Assembly (NCBI RefSeq): GCF_001194135.2
Contig: NC_068984.1
Location: 22,585,849 to 22,649,663 of the forward strand
Origin: Octopus bimaculoides
Lineage: Eukaryota
Direction of reading: 5' to 3'
DNA length: 63,815 bases
The notes beneath the pieces are model-generated. The model saw only the letters and a program-made list of their open reading frames with translations. It ran no database searches and had not been told where the DNA came from. Shown piece after piece: positions 36,381 through 49,953 of this stretch. Position 1 is the first letter of the stretch, and every line of letters begins with the position of its first letter. The translations under genes were made by a program, and so were the position numbers.

Positions 36381-37318
36381 GTCCATATGCTTTCAAGCAA
36401 TTCGGAAGAGAAGAGCTGCTGGAACTGTAGAGATCGATATAAATGTATAAAAAGATTACATTGACAGAAAGTTACTTACTAAGGAAACTGCTGTGAGATT
36501 ATCCTCTTGGGGCAGGATCAAGAATCTGATTTAATCATAGCAAATCAGAGACCTTTCAAAAACGTATTATTCAGCTCAACCAAGAACAAAAACAAACAGA
36601 CGTACCAGAGCATATAAATAAAGTCAGTGACAGCAACACAGGCAACGACATTGTCGACGACTACGACGACGAAGATGACGGCGACGATGACGACGACGAT
36701 GACAGCGGTGACGTCATGCATAACAATGATAGACGTTTTGATTTTACTAGTAAGTAGAATATAATCCGCTTTTATAACGCTGTAAAGATTGAGATTCATT
36801 CAGCTTTAAAGCAGACACCATCATCGTCTTCTTTGATTGCCATATAACTAAATATTAGTTGTTGCCAGTAATATTATTACCGATGTTTCATCTGTCGCAC
36901 TGCTACAGCCGCCGCCGACACCACCATAGCCTAACAAGGCAGATTCTATGTGGACGCCAGACTTACTATAAACAGAAGTCAAATCTCCATCAAATCACAC
37001 CCAGCAGTCTATTAAGAGATGAAGGACATATCGGTTTGTGCTGTCTTAGATATATTGTTTCCATAAAAGCTGGATTGTCACGACCGGAACACATTTGATC
37101 ATATAAAACTGGGGCTATCTATCACCGACAATTGTCAAACACACCCTGCTATACACAGAAACAGACACACACAAACACACACACACGCACATACACACAC
37201 ATACACACACTCAAAAAAAAAACATCCAATATCACCAGCTGCACATCTCTCTCTAACTGGTTACTGAACATGTGGTAAAGAGCAACCGTGTTCTTTTTAC
37301 CCCTTCTTACTAGTATTT

Positions 37319-37575
37319 GAAGAAGAAGAAGAAGAAGAAGAAGAAGAAGAAGAAGAAGAAGAAGAAGAAGAANNNNNNNNNNNNNNNNNNNNNNNNNNNN
37401 NNNNNNNNNNNNNNNNNNNNNNNNNNNNNNNNNNNNNNNNNNNNNNNNNNNNNNNNNNNNNNNNNNNNNNNNNNNNNNNNNNNGAGGAGGAGGAGGAGGA
37501 GCAAGAGGAGGAGGAGGAGGAAGAAGAAGGAGGAGGAGGAGGAGGAGGTGGAAGAAGAAGAAGAAGGAGAAGAAG
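37319..37575. repeat. (GAA)n - gap - (GAG/GAA)n polypurine tract
   Basis: Direct trinucleotide repeats on both sides of the N-run 37373-37483. Confidence 0.9.
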
Positions 37576-38699
37576 TGCACATATGTCTGTGTGTGGATGT
37601 CTTTTTCACCTCATCACCACAACTTGACAACCGGTGTAGGTTTGCTTACGTCACCATCACCTAACCGTTCTACTAAAGAGAAAGATAGAATGAATACCTT
37701 CGACTAAATTTGTGAAAGCGGTGCCGCAGCAGATTAAAACGAGCAAAACACAAAAGAAGATAAAAGAAGAAAAGAAGAGGAATGTATGTTTGATTAAGCT
37801 GTACGTACAGAAAAAGAATAATCCTTTGTCTTCTAACGATAGAAGATGGCAAAGCATTCAACATCAACAAAGACAAGAGGAACTAATAACCTGGCAGAAG
37901 TAATATCCAGTTCTTATTCAAGTCGTACTGTACTCTCTTAAAAATGAAGGACAGATTGGATAACGTTGTTGTTAGATACATTGTGTCGGTAAAATGACAA
38001 TATTATCGCATTGTTTCTTATTTTTACGAGCTGTTCATGTGGTTTGATTTCATTCAATGCGATCGTTGTAATTGGCGCGATTGATGTTCCTCTTAAAACG
38101 AATGCAAATCGAGGGCAGCAAGAAAAATATGTACACACAAGCTGTAAGAATGCATCATCAAATTGCATCGAATCCATGCCGCTAGTTAAATAAACTGAAC
38201 AAAGCATTGGTAGGAAGATCTTACATTTTTACAAACATATATTGCTGTTGTAGTGTTGGTAAAATACGTGCAGATATAGTTTCATGTGATAGAACAAAAA
38301 GTCAGATACACTACAGCAAATGTCCTCTCTGCGGGTTTATATTTCTAATGGGGCTATTGTTCACTAATGCATGTGATAAAATAATTTGACTACGCCTGTC
38401 ATTCTTAAATTGACGATTGAAACTCCATCATTTGAATCAGCACCCGACAAGATTGAAATGTCTTAGTTTTCAAGATTATGATTAGAAACAACTCGAAATT
38501 ATCGTCTGTGATAGAGAAGGCTTTCCAGTTACACTGAAGTAATTTAGTAAAGACGTTAAAATGTCATTTGACCCGGACATATTTAGAAAGATTAAAATTC
38601 AAGAGGTTCGGTTTAACATTTTAATGACCTCTTAACCATATTTATATGGAACAGACTGAATTCGTTGAGGCATATTTTTCATGGCCGTTATTTGTCGTC

Positions 38700-38866
38700 A
38701 CTAGATCGCTATGGCCGGTCTACGGGGTTACCCTGGGTTTCACGTCCATAAAGCGCTTAGCTTTACGGCGTTTCTTCAGGCCCTAATGACCGGTGACCTC
38801 CAGCCTCTCTTCAAAGTGAAGGCAAAAATGACCTCGTAACTACTTGACGGCCGCTCGGTGAAAGGG
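38700..38866. mobile_element. Possible piggyBac-type end
   Basis: A GC-richer segment ends in gacggccgctcggtgaaAGGG|TTAA (38863-38870). A matching left end was not found. Confidence 0.35.
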
Positions 38867-38899
38867 TTAAGCACAAGGGATTGTATTCCTTAGACAGCT

Positions 38900-39695
38900 C
38901 TCCGTAGTCGACGTAGTTGGCTTCTTGATTCCAGAACTTCAGTAGGAATCTCCTGAAGTGTAAGCTGAATCCGAAGGCTTCCTTCCTGGAATTTAATACG
39001 TTCCCCAGGTCGAGGGAGTTCTTAAGTATTCTCGCCCGTTCAGCTATGCACAACTTGCAACGCTTGCTCCTGTTAATGTAGGGGCCCGGTTCTTATAGGA
39101 TCTTCAATGAGATTACGTGTGGAGTCCCTTCTTCCTTCAGGCGCCACACGTGACTGACCAAGGACGTGACGTATCGTCTCACCGGGATCCAGAACGAGGA
39201 CCTGTGGGAGGAGAGGCTTTGTTTGAAGGTATTTCCGGAACACCAGATGTATCTTCGTATATTGCAGCTAGCGATGCTGTTTCTGTTGACGTTGACACTG
39301 CTTCTTCCGCTGGTACTGGTGTTGCTGGTGTTGGCGTCGTTAATGCTGGCGTAGGGGACATCATCAGTGGCGGTGTTGATGTTGCTATATCCGGCGTGGT
39401 TGCTGTTGTAACTGCTATCGGCGTTATATTGGTGATAGCTGCTGTTGTTGTCGCTGTAATTGTTATTATCATTATTAGCAATATAATTAACGATGGTGTT
39501 GCTATTTCTGTTAGAATTGTTGCCGTTGTCTTTAATATTGCTATTCCTGCTACTGAAGTTGAGAAAATTGTTATTGCCATTAGTGTCAGATATCATCTCA
39601 GCTTCGTAAACAACTTTGGTTTCGCATTGGTTTCCCACTGGGCATATACTGTGGTTCCTGCATGAGCTTCCCGCACCCGATAGTTAGGGGTGCTA
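38900..39695 (-). mobile_element. Penelope-like element GIY-YIG endonuclease region with a long in-frame low-complexity insert
   Basis: One frame reads SSCRNHSICPVGNQCETKVVYEAE-[~110 aa N/S/T-rich]-RYIWCSGNTFKQSLSSHRSSF..TSLVSHVWRLKEEG..ISLKIL*EPGPYINRSKRCKLCIAERARILK..VLNSRKEAFG..HFRRFL. This fits the PLE EN type with a Cys-rich linker and KxCxLC. Confidence 0.8.
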
Positions 39696-39710
39696 ACAAA
39701 AATATTCTTA

Positions 39711-39840
<130 letters not shown>

Positions 39841-40131
39841 TTCCGTTAAGATAAGGTCAACAAAAAAGTACTTCATCCGCTGACACATAAATATTGTTTA
39901 AGGTACACAGTATATAGTTATGAGTTCCTAATAGTCGTGTACGTTGGAGATGTTGTCTAGGTAGGTTTAAATAAGACGCCTAGTGTCCCCAAGCAATCTC
40001 AAGTCTCCAAGCACATGGCCCCCACAAGTTACAAATCAGGACAATAAAACAAGAGAAATCAAGGGAAAAACATGCAAGGAAGGTGGATGCACAAAGTGGA
40101 AGAGTGGAAGAAACAGAAAAAGAGATGTGTG

Positions 40132-40176
<45 letters not shown>

Positions 40177-40303
40177 GTACTTGGATGTTTTTGTGGTTGT
40201 CATGAAATCACGTAATAGTTATAAGTTTAACAAAATCAATTATTAATACCATCTTGGGCCTAGCTATAAAAAGTAGTAGTGGCATCACCAGCAGCGGCAA
40301 CAA

Positions 40304-40372
<69 letters not shown>

Positions 40373-40849
40373 TAGTAGTAGTAGCAGTAGTAGTGTATAC
40401 CGGAGCCATTTTCATTACGTAGTTAATGATGGGCTTTATGTCGAAGAAGGAAGGTTGAGTGTGCGAACAACTTATGTGATGGACGCGACAGGAACGATCA
40501 TATGTCTGTTTGTTCGAAGCTTCAACACCAACAGCAACAATATGCTTGATATGCCATATAACTCTTCTAGTCATGACCGAAATCAAAGCTGCCAATGATG
40601 TACTGTTATCCAGCCAAAGTTCAATGACAAAGAAGCTCGCTTTGCAACCATGGTAGCCGGAGTTGTATCGTTGTATCGATTACTGGTTGTATCGTTGGTA
40701 AGTGCTTTTACTACAGACTCTGGTCAACCCGAACTTTGTGAGATGAAATTTGGCAGATGGCAGCTGTATAGATGTTCGTTGGACGCCTTGTCTTACAGTG
40801 TGTCACGGAGAATTTTCTTGAGAATTACATTGACGATACACTTCCTATG

Positions 40850-41234
40850 TGGAGGCTCAATGGCCCAGTGGTTAGGGCGGCTGACTCGCGGTCATAGGGT
40901 CGCGGTTTCGATTCCCAGACCGGGCGTTGTGAGTGTTTATTGATCGCAAACACCTAAAGCTCCACGAGGCTCCGGCAGGGGATGGTGGCGAATCCTGCTG
41001 TACTCTTTCACCACAACTTTCTCTCACTCTTACTTCCTGATTTTGTTGTGCCTGTAATTCAAAGGGTCAGCCTTGTCACATTGTGTCACGCTGAATATCC
41101 CCGAGAACTACGTTAAGGGTACACGTGTCTGTGGAGTGTTAGCCACTTGCACGTTAATTACACGAACAGGCTGTTCCGTTGATCGGATCAACTGGAACCC
41201 TCGACGTCTTAAGCGACGGAGTGCCAGCAACAAC
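40850..41234 (+). mobile_element. Full-length tRNA-derived SINE with perfect 14-bp TSD
   Basis: TSD atacacttcctatg at 40836-40849 and 41235-41248. A box tggcccagtggtt, B box ggtttcgattccc, (CAA)n-like tail. Confidence 0.92.
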
Positions 41235-41419
41235 ATACACTTCCTATGGAATCCTGTGTCACTTTGCACGCTATTTCAATGAGCAGATTCTCTAATAAAT
41301 TGAACAACTGGATGATCATCCATGCACGTCCATCGCCATCAAAGTTCGTGGTCATCGAAATTAACGCAGATGTCCATCATTGTTCATCTTCAGCTGATGC
41401 AACAACTCCAAATGATATT

Positions 41420-41830
41420 GATTTCAAATTTTTGCACAAGGCCAGCAATTTCGGGAGCGAAAAATCCAGTACACAGACCCAGTGCTCAACTGGTACTTAT
41501 TTTATCGACCTCGAAAGGATGAATGGTAAGGTCCGCCTCAGCCGAATTTAAGCTCAGAACGTAACGAGGACGAAATGCCTCTAAGCATTTTGCCCAGCGT
41601 GCAAACGATTCTTTTAGCTCGCCGCTGGCAAATTTTGGTGGAAGCTGAGTACTTTTGAAGAGAAGGAGAAAAAGTCGATCACATCGACACAGTAGTTGAT
41701 TCGACTCGGAAAGGATGAAAAATAAAGTTACTTGAGACAGAATTTGAACATGGAACGTAAAGATCCAAAAGAAATGTCACTTAGTATTTTGTCCGATGCT
41801 CTATTAATTCAGCCAGTTGCTGCCTAGAGT
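41420..41830 (-). mobile_element. Two adjacent SINE copies, family of 4609
   Basis: ctggtacttattttatcgacctcgaaaggatgaatggtaaggtccgcctcagccgaattt...gattcttttagctcgcc, followed by a more degraded second copy. Confidence 0.7.
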
Positions 41831-43315
41831 TCAACCAGCATTGTTGTTATTTCACTACTACTAATACTAATATTACTAAAATTCGTAACAACACTCTAAT
41901 GGTGACTATGAAAATTGAATCTTACGAGGAGTGACGTTATCTTGGCTCAATCTATTTTCATTTTATTCACAACTCTTTGAAGATGTAATTGGGTTACCTA
42001 TTAAGAACTCCATTGGTTGGATCGAATAAGAAATGATTGATGCTAGAATATGTGGAGTTGTGTGAAATGATGCGACGATGATGACACCAGAATAAAAATA
42101 GTAAAAGAGGTTGGTGAACAGAGGTAAGTTAATGCTAAGAAGTGTATGAAAGAGAGAGAAAGAGAGAGAGGGTCGAGAGCGAAAGTGACTATTATAGAGA
42201 TCCATAAACTGAGGAGAGAGGAATTCACATTTCGAATGTAAATTATGGAAGTTTTAAGATGAATAAAACGGGAAAAAGTTTATGAGAATCCAAGTGTGAG
42301 ATGGAAAGTGAAGAATAAAATGAGTGAAAATGAAAAGCAGGGCGATAAGGATGTACATAAATATTTAAATGTTTGGAGGGGTGATAAGGATATTTTTATG
42401 TGGGTGTTTATTCATGTACATTCATATACATGTATGTATGCATGTATGTATATATGCATGTATATATGTGTGTATGTGTGTGTGTTTGTGTATGTATGTA
42501 AGTATGTATGTATACACAAACACACACACATAAACACACGTTCACTTCTGGAAAGTATTGAAAATGCATTAGAAAGGGTAATATTAAAATCTGACTCATA
42601 AATAATATTTGATCCACATTTTCTTTTACATATTCCATTCATCTCGCTCTACGTTCATTTCTGTGCCCTTTTTGCCTAATAAAGGGGTTTCCCAGTTATA
42701 TGGACATTCATTCGTAAGTGGAGACATGAAGTGGGCCATGGAATTGCAAATTCCACAGATATTTGACACCACAAGTTTCGAATCGAGAGAACTTATATGT
42801 GGTCATTCAACCTGCAAGAATAGCAGCCAAATGTCCCCTTGTATCACACACTTCACAGTGTGGGAAAGGTACATGAACATTGTAGTGATGCATGATAGAA
42901 TGGGCGATCGCGGCGAAGGCCTTTGACAAAAGGGATGCGGGATTAGATCAAGAAATAACAGCTTAATATCCCTTAAATTATAGTCTGCACACTTGAAAAA
43001 ATTAACTTTGCACTGGATAATGGAGATCTTGAGGTATTTATGTGGGAGAAAAAGTAAATAAACGGAATGGCCACCTCTGGAACGTCTACATCATATGCCA
43101 AATGGAAATGAACAATACAACAGAAATTCATCTTTTATCCAACATATTGGTTGTGCGCAGGAGTTTCAACATTCTACATACATTCATAGACGCATAAATA
43201 CATACATATACACACATATCAGCGAGCATGCGAACACGCACACGTGCGCACACGTGCGCACGCATACACACACACACATACAAACATATATATAACATAT
43301 ACATATATATATATA

Positions 43316-43358
<43 letters not shown>

Positions 43359-43738
43359 AACGCGTTACACCATGATTTTGAAGAAAATTTGGTTCCTGTT
43401 TAATTTTTAGTATGCCAGCCGATCATGTAAAAGACCCCTTGTTATTAACCAAAACCATCAGACGATTTCATGTGCTGATAAAACTTTTAGCAGGTAGACC
43501 AACCCTCAATTTCATCGTGCAACGAATAATTCTCCTTTTCTCTCCCCTCTCTCTTACCTTACCTCCCCCTCTCGTTCCATGACTATTTTTTCTCTCCTTC
43601 TTTTTCTCTTTCTCTCTCCCTCTTACGTAACTTCTCTGTGATCCGTTGTTCAAGGCTACAGATTTGCACAGATCTACAGCCGTATACCTGTTGGTATATG
43701 ACGTCAGTCACATCTTTGAAGATGTTCGAACCATGAAA

Positions 43739-43790
<52 letters not shown>

Positions 43791-45557
43791 ATGTGTGTGT
43801 GTGTGTGTCTCTATGAGTGTGTACATATGAATATGTATATATATATATATATATATATATTCATACATACATAAATACATAACTACATAGATACATACAT
43901 ATATTTATGTATTCGTGTATGTATGAATGCATATATGTATGTAAGTATGTATATGAAAACAGGGATACTGAGACAGCCAGGCGATAGAGACAAAAAGATG
44001 TATAAAGAATGAGAGCAAAACAGACAAGAAAATAAGCAACAGTTACTGAGAAAAGAATGAGAGATTTCGATGCTTTAATCATGTGTATTTTCCCAAAATA
44101 GGTTACTGCAAATAGTTCTGTAAGATGTATACAATGCTGGGTTTCTTTTTGTATCCATTTGTATTTTGCGCGTTTCATCCTATCACAAGTATATCACGGA
44201 CGGAGAAGAAAGGATACGCGGCCATTTTTTGTTCTTTTGGTGTTTTAGGAGTGTATACACTTTATTTTTTGATACCACAAATAAGTAATATTTGTGTATG
44301 GCAAATTGCGTATTGTTAAGCAAGCCTGACAGCCCCACATATCCCAATTTTATAAAACTGAAAATACTGACAAAGCTTACACGCAGACGTACTCATACGC
44401 ACGAAAGAAACACATACACACACAATCACACAGAGAGAGAGACACAGACAGAGACAAATACAATGGGTGGGTATGAGAGAGAGAGAAGGAGACGCAAACA
44501 TGATTTTGTCAAAGAGATGCTTTTCTCTTTGCTATATGTATGTATATGTAGGTGTATATNNNNNNNNNNNNNNNNNNNNNNNNNNNNNNNNNNNNNNNNN
44601 NNNNNNNNNNNNNNNNNNNNNNNNNNNNNNNNNNNNNNNNNNNNNNNNNNNNNNNNNNNNNNNNNNNNNNNNNNNNNNNNNNNNNNNNNNNNNNNNNNNN
44701 NNNNNNNNNNNNNNNNNNNNNNNNNNNNNNNNNNNNNNNNNNNNNNNNNNNNNNNNNNNNNNNNNNNNNNNNNNNNNNNNNNNNNNNNNNNNNNNNNNNN
44801 NNNNNNNNNNNNNNNNNNNNNNNNNNNNNNNNNNNNNNNNNNNNNNNNNNNNNNNNNNNNNNNNNNNNNNNNNNNNNNNNNNNNNNNNNNNNNNNNNNNN
44901 NNNNNNNNNNNNNNNNNNNNNNNNNNNNNNNNNNNNNNNNNNNNNNNNNNNNNNNNNNNNNNNNNNNNNNNNNNNNNNNNNNNNNNNNNNNNNNNNNNNN
45001 NNNNNNNNNNNNNNNNNNNNNNNNNTATATATATATATATAATATATATGTACACACATATGGATACATCTACCCCACCACACACACACATATAATATCG
45101 ATTGTCGTCGAACATGATTTGCGATAATTCTCCCCCCCCCCACTCTTTTTGTTTAGAGCTCAAATACCACTGCAGCTGTATGTGCTCTACATCCTTCCTT
45201 GGTTTATAATAAAGAGCCAGTTCGTTGTCACGATTAATTCTCATCACTCTCTTTCTCTCTATCTATTTATCTAGCTAGCTAGCTAGCTAATATATCTATT
45301 TATCTATCTATCTATGTACCTGCCTATTTTTTACACTATCCCGGCATCGGCTACACTTCCCTCTGAAAAGTCGGTAAAATACTTACCTCTACTTCATAAA
45401 AATGGAAGATGATGTGATCTAATAAGCTCTTTTGAACTGCCATGAAATAAAATTCCAAACTAAGTACCATGTTGAGCATGACCAGATCGAACTCTCGTAC
45501 GGTTTGTAACAGGATTAAAATGTGTAGTTATATTCATAGGTATATGTATTTGAATCC

Positions 45558-45812
45558 AGGTAAAACAAATCACAGGCAAAAAAGTCCCAGGAAAAAGTCA
45601 CGGTAATGAAATCACAGGAAAAAAGTCACATGGGTTTTGTCCGAGGGGGTTTTGTCCTAGGCGGGTTTTGTCCGGATCCCATAAATCAATTGTGACTTTT
45701 TTTCTGTGACTTTATTATCAGCCACTATGAATTAATTGTGACATTTTTCCAAGCCAAAATTGTGATTTGGTCACTGTGACTTTTTCTCCTGTGGCTTTAT
45801 TACCGCTCACCG
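45558..45812. mobile_element. Foldback-like MITE with subterminal repeats
   Basis: cggtaatgaaatcacaggaaaaaagtcaca (45601-45630) is the inverted counterpart of tgtgactttttctcctgtggctttattaccg near the right end. Three gggttttgtcc units lie inside, and the element ends in tcaccgt. Confidence 0.6.
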
Positions 45813-47357
45813 TGTATTTTACCAGGAAATGGTTGACAATCATGAGTCATTTGCAAGTATCGGCTTTACAAGCTGTCATCAGACTGGATTAGTTAGCTTT
45901 TTTTCTTGACAGGGGATCATACAGTAGATTGAGCGAGGTATATGCAAATTAGGTGCAGTGTCAATGATTTTGTATGGCGAAAGGAGGAAACATTATGTAA
46001 CAAAAGAGGATGGACAAAGAGATGAAATAAGTCTATGCTTATAGAGGAGAAAGGATGGTTGACAAGTATGGTTTTTCATCTCATATATTCAAACTTTCTC
46101 GTGAACATATTGTGGATGTATGCGAAACTTAGGTGTGGTTGCTAGTAGAAAGAAGTTGTTATTTAAGAAGGAAAATGGACAAAGAAAAGAAAGCATTTAC
46201 ATATAGAGACAAAAAGTTGGCGGAGGTAATGTCTTTGATTTAACAAAAGAATGTTTTGTGTTCGAATGATATTAACATAAACCCAGCGAATGAACCAATG
46301 TGATCTTGTGATTCAAATTTATTAAACAGAAACTGCACAGGATTTCATTATGCGCGCGCGTGTGTGTGATTGCAAATACATGTATATACAAACATGTCTT
46401 ATTCGATATATTATAAAATCTTCATCTTCTCCATCTCTGACGAGCGGAAGTATTGTCTTTCAATGTGTATCAACAATGGATTCCATTATAATGACAATAC
46501 TTTCGTTAAACGATCGTAAGATACATTAATTAACAAATTTTTAAACTGTCATGTTTCATATATTTACATATATTTTAATACAAAACTATTTCAGAGATAT
46601 ATATCTTCGCGAGGAATTTTTTTTTTTATATTGAATTTCATGTTATTATTTCAAAATACAGTATATATATATTTTTATGGACAAACACACTNNNNNNNNN
46701 NNNNNNNNNNNNNNNNNNNNNNNNNNNNNNNNNNNNNNNNNNNNNNNNNNNNNNNNNNNNNNNNNNNNNNNNNNNNNNNNNNNNNNNNNNNNNNNNNNNN
46801 NNNNNNNNNNNNNNNNNNNNNNNNNNNNNNNNNNNNNNNNNNNNNNNNNNNNNNNNNNNNNNNNNNNNNNNNNNNNNNNNNNNNNNNNNNNNNNNNNNNN
46901 NNNNNNNNNNNNNNNNNNNNNNNNNNNNNNNNNNNNNNNNNNNNNNNNNNNNNNNNNNNNNNNNNNNNNNNNNNNNNNNNNNNNNNNNNNNNNNNNNNNN
47001 NNNNNNNNNNNNNNNNNNNNNNNNNNNNNNNNNNNNNNNNNNNNNNNNNNNNNNNNNNNNNNNNNNNNNNNNNNNNNNNNNNNNNNNNNNNNNNNNNNNN
47101 NNNNNNNNNNNNNNNNNNNNNNNNNNNNNNNNNNNNNNNNNNNNNNNNNNNNNNNNNNNNNNNNNNNNNNNNNNNNNNNNNNNNNNNNNNNNNNNNNNNN
47201 NNNNNNNNNNNNNNNNNNNNNNNNNNNNNNNNNNNNNNNNNNNNNNNNNNNNNNNNNNNNNNNNNNNNNNNNNNNNNNNNNNNNNNNNNNNNNATATATT
47301 TATATATAACGTTGACCACTAAAGTAGACATATAATGTGCTAGAAATAGACCACATC

Positions 47358-47430
<73 letters not shown>

Positions 47431-49922
47431 CGTAAGATTTGCTCTTATGTATATAGAGTTGAATACGCTTTTTAAAATGTTAATGTTATTACTTGAAAAC
47501 ATCTTTGTTCTTAATGACTATAAAAACAACATCGCTAATGTAGAATATATCTACCATATCTAATAGCACAATGGCTTATTTATCTGCGATTATTAAGTGC
47601 TCTTTATTTATATTAATATGTGGATACATTTTCTTACACGAATGCGTACTGGTACAGAAAATTTCAAATGTATCCCTGTAGGTACAGTTTTATATATTAG
47701 TAGTCAGACATACATCTATTTCCTAGTGTAATACTTGCAACGTTTCTAATGTTTCTAATGTAATATTTCTGTCTTGCTTTCATGAACATCCTGTAACCCA
47801 TGATGCTGGGGAGTATATCTGACGCACATGCTTCATAGAAGCCATCAAGTTATTTTCTACTCATTTTGCCTGCCAGAGAGAGTAGCAAAATCTCTCTCAA
47901 ATAACTACAGTAGAAAATGTAGATATTGTTATACAAAAAGTGTTAATGTTCAGCGATGAAAGACCTTTCTATTGGATTGTATTTTAAACAGCAACAACAA
48001 CCGCAGCAGCAGAATGACGGAAATCCGTTGGATGAAACTGTTAATTATATTGACTCACTTGGCAAAATATTATAGCTACTTCTCTTGGTGTATCAGCACA
48101 GATTTTGTAATATATGTTGAGGTTCCCTAATACTTATCCATGACCATAGGGAGAACCTATAACTGAATAGTTGCATTCTTTTACGTGAATTATTCCAATA
48201 AATTCAACTAATCAATTACAGTGAAATAATAAAAGAGAAAACCATTACAAAGCTTTTGATATAAAACATATCATAATAATTCCCGAATGATATATTCAAG
48301 AATAATAAATTTATCTCTATTGGAAAATGATTGCTGCTGTGATATTACTTGAAGAACCCATTAGAAAAATATTTCTTAGACAAGCTATTGACATTATATT
48401 TAATAAATCCACATAATTATTTGATAAAAACGATATGCTGTCCAATTTTGACTATCATCCAGTATATTATTAGTGTAGCAACATACTGGCTGGATTATTT
48501 TAATTTCACGTTGGCAAGAGACTCTTGCCAAGAGGAGAAAAGAATTAACATTTCATATTTTAAATATATCATTAAGATTGTGTTTAATAAAATGATGACA
48601 AACTTCCAAGACTAAATTGGTTCATAATAGTGTTTTAAAGTTAAAAATGCAAATATATTAGTTACTCTGAGCAAGATTTGAATTTAATAATAGCTTTAAA
48701 TGTTCCTTTTAAATATGGAAAAGTAATTTCAAAATAAAAACATGTTTAATTCTCAATAATATCATATATACATGAAACAGTCTTATATTTGCGTTCATTA
48801 AAATTCATGATCTTGGTGAACACAAACTATTTCAATCAATCTCCTGTGTAATATCAGCTTTTTACACTTTCAGGCATAATGTTATGTCATTCCTCTCTCC
48901 CTGTCTGAATAGAGAAACCAATGATCTCAACTTCGCCTTTCATCTTTCTCGGGGTCGATACAAAGACCGGGTGAATTGACAGAACTGTAGCAGCAACGAA
49001 CTGCTTGCTTTACGGCAAATCAGTGGCTCTTTGTAAGTTTTAGAATTCAACAAAAATAGAAGAGAGAAAGAAAAATTATTATTATTTTTTTTTTGTACAA
49101 TTTCTGTCGTGGAGCGTGTAGTTCTTTTTTTCAATTACAGTGTCAGTGTACTGGTCACTTCATCTTTCACCGCTTGTGGAATTGGAAGATACTTTGTGTT
49201 TTATCTTTTAGTGTATACATATATGTTTTTACGGGAAAGGATCTAATTTTTGATTCCTTATAATTTCGATGACGTCTTATTCTTTTCTCGTGGATGTATA
49301 TGGTCAAGGAATGTATTTTTGTTTTGGCAAATTTTAATGTTTGAGTCGGTTGTCTTCCTGGTGACGACCATCGTCAAGGAACAAGTTTTGATTGGTTGTA
49401 GGTTTCATGGCGTCACTTTATTTTTATCACGAATATTTCCCGTTTCGGACGACCTATTTTTGTTTTAATCAAGTTCTGCGTTCTGCTTGGTTGATTTCCC
49501 TGTAGGGACTCGGTAATAAGTTTTTTTTAAGGGTTATTTACCGTTCCGTTTGGTTGGTTACCCTAAGATGACTCTATTTTTCTGAAGATCCGGTTCTGAT
49601 CGGAGGGAAAATTTCATTGGTTTTGTCTGAAGTAAGATCAGCAACTCGTATTTGAGAAGGTGTATGGTATTATTGTACAGTAATTTGGACAGGACACCGT
49701 TCCACTGCAGAATCTTTTATTCTTCTTGGCTGAATGGACTCTAAAGAGAAGGGAAAGTTTTGCTCACACACAACGCATCGCCCGCTGCAGGAATCGAAAC
49801 CATAATCTTAAGATCAACAGTGGAACACCCTAAGCAGTAACACATACATATACACATAAACACATGCTCACACACGCACACACACACATATACACTCACA
49901 CACATACACACACTCACACACT

Positions 49923-49953
<31 letters not shown>

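Noticed and set aside
39179-39580. Mucin-like Thr/Pro/Ala-rich ORF (minus) and the Val/Ala/Ile-rich ORF 39117..39665 (plus)
   Set aside because: Both are alternative frames of the low-complexity insert. Only the 39093..39638 frame has recognisable domain motifs on both sides.
40850-40930. tRNA-like cloverleaf heads (also near 19766, 30190, 32327, 49770)
   Set aside because: They continue into SINE bodies, lack a proper acceptor stem and anticodon arm, and have no terminator, so they are not tRNA genes.
48912-49033. AG...GTAAGT-bounded candidate exon
   Set aside because: Stops occur in all three frames and it includes a SINE-core-like tttcatctttctcggggtcgata.
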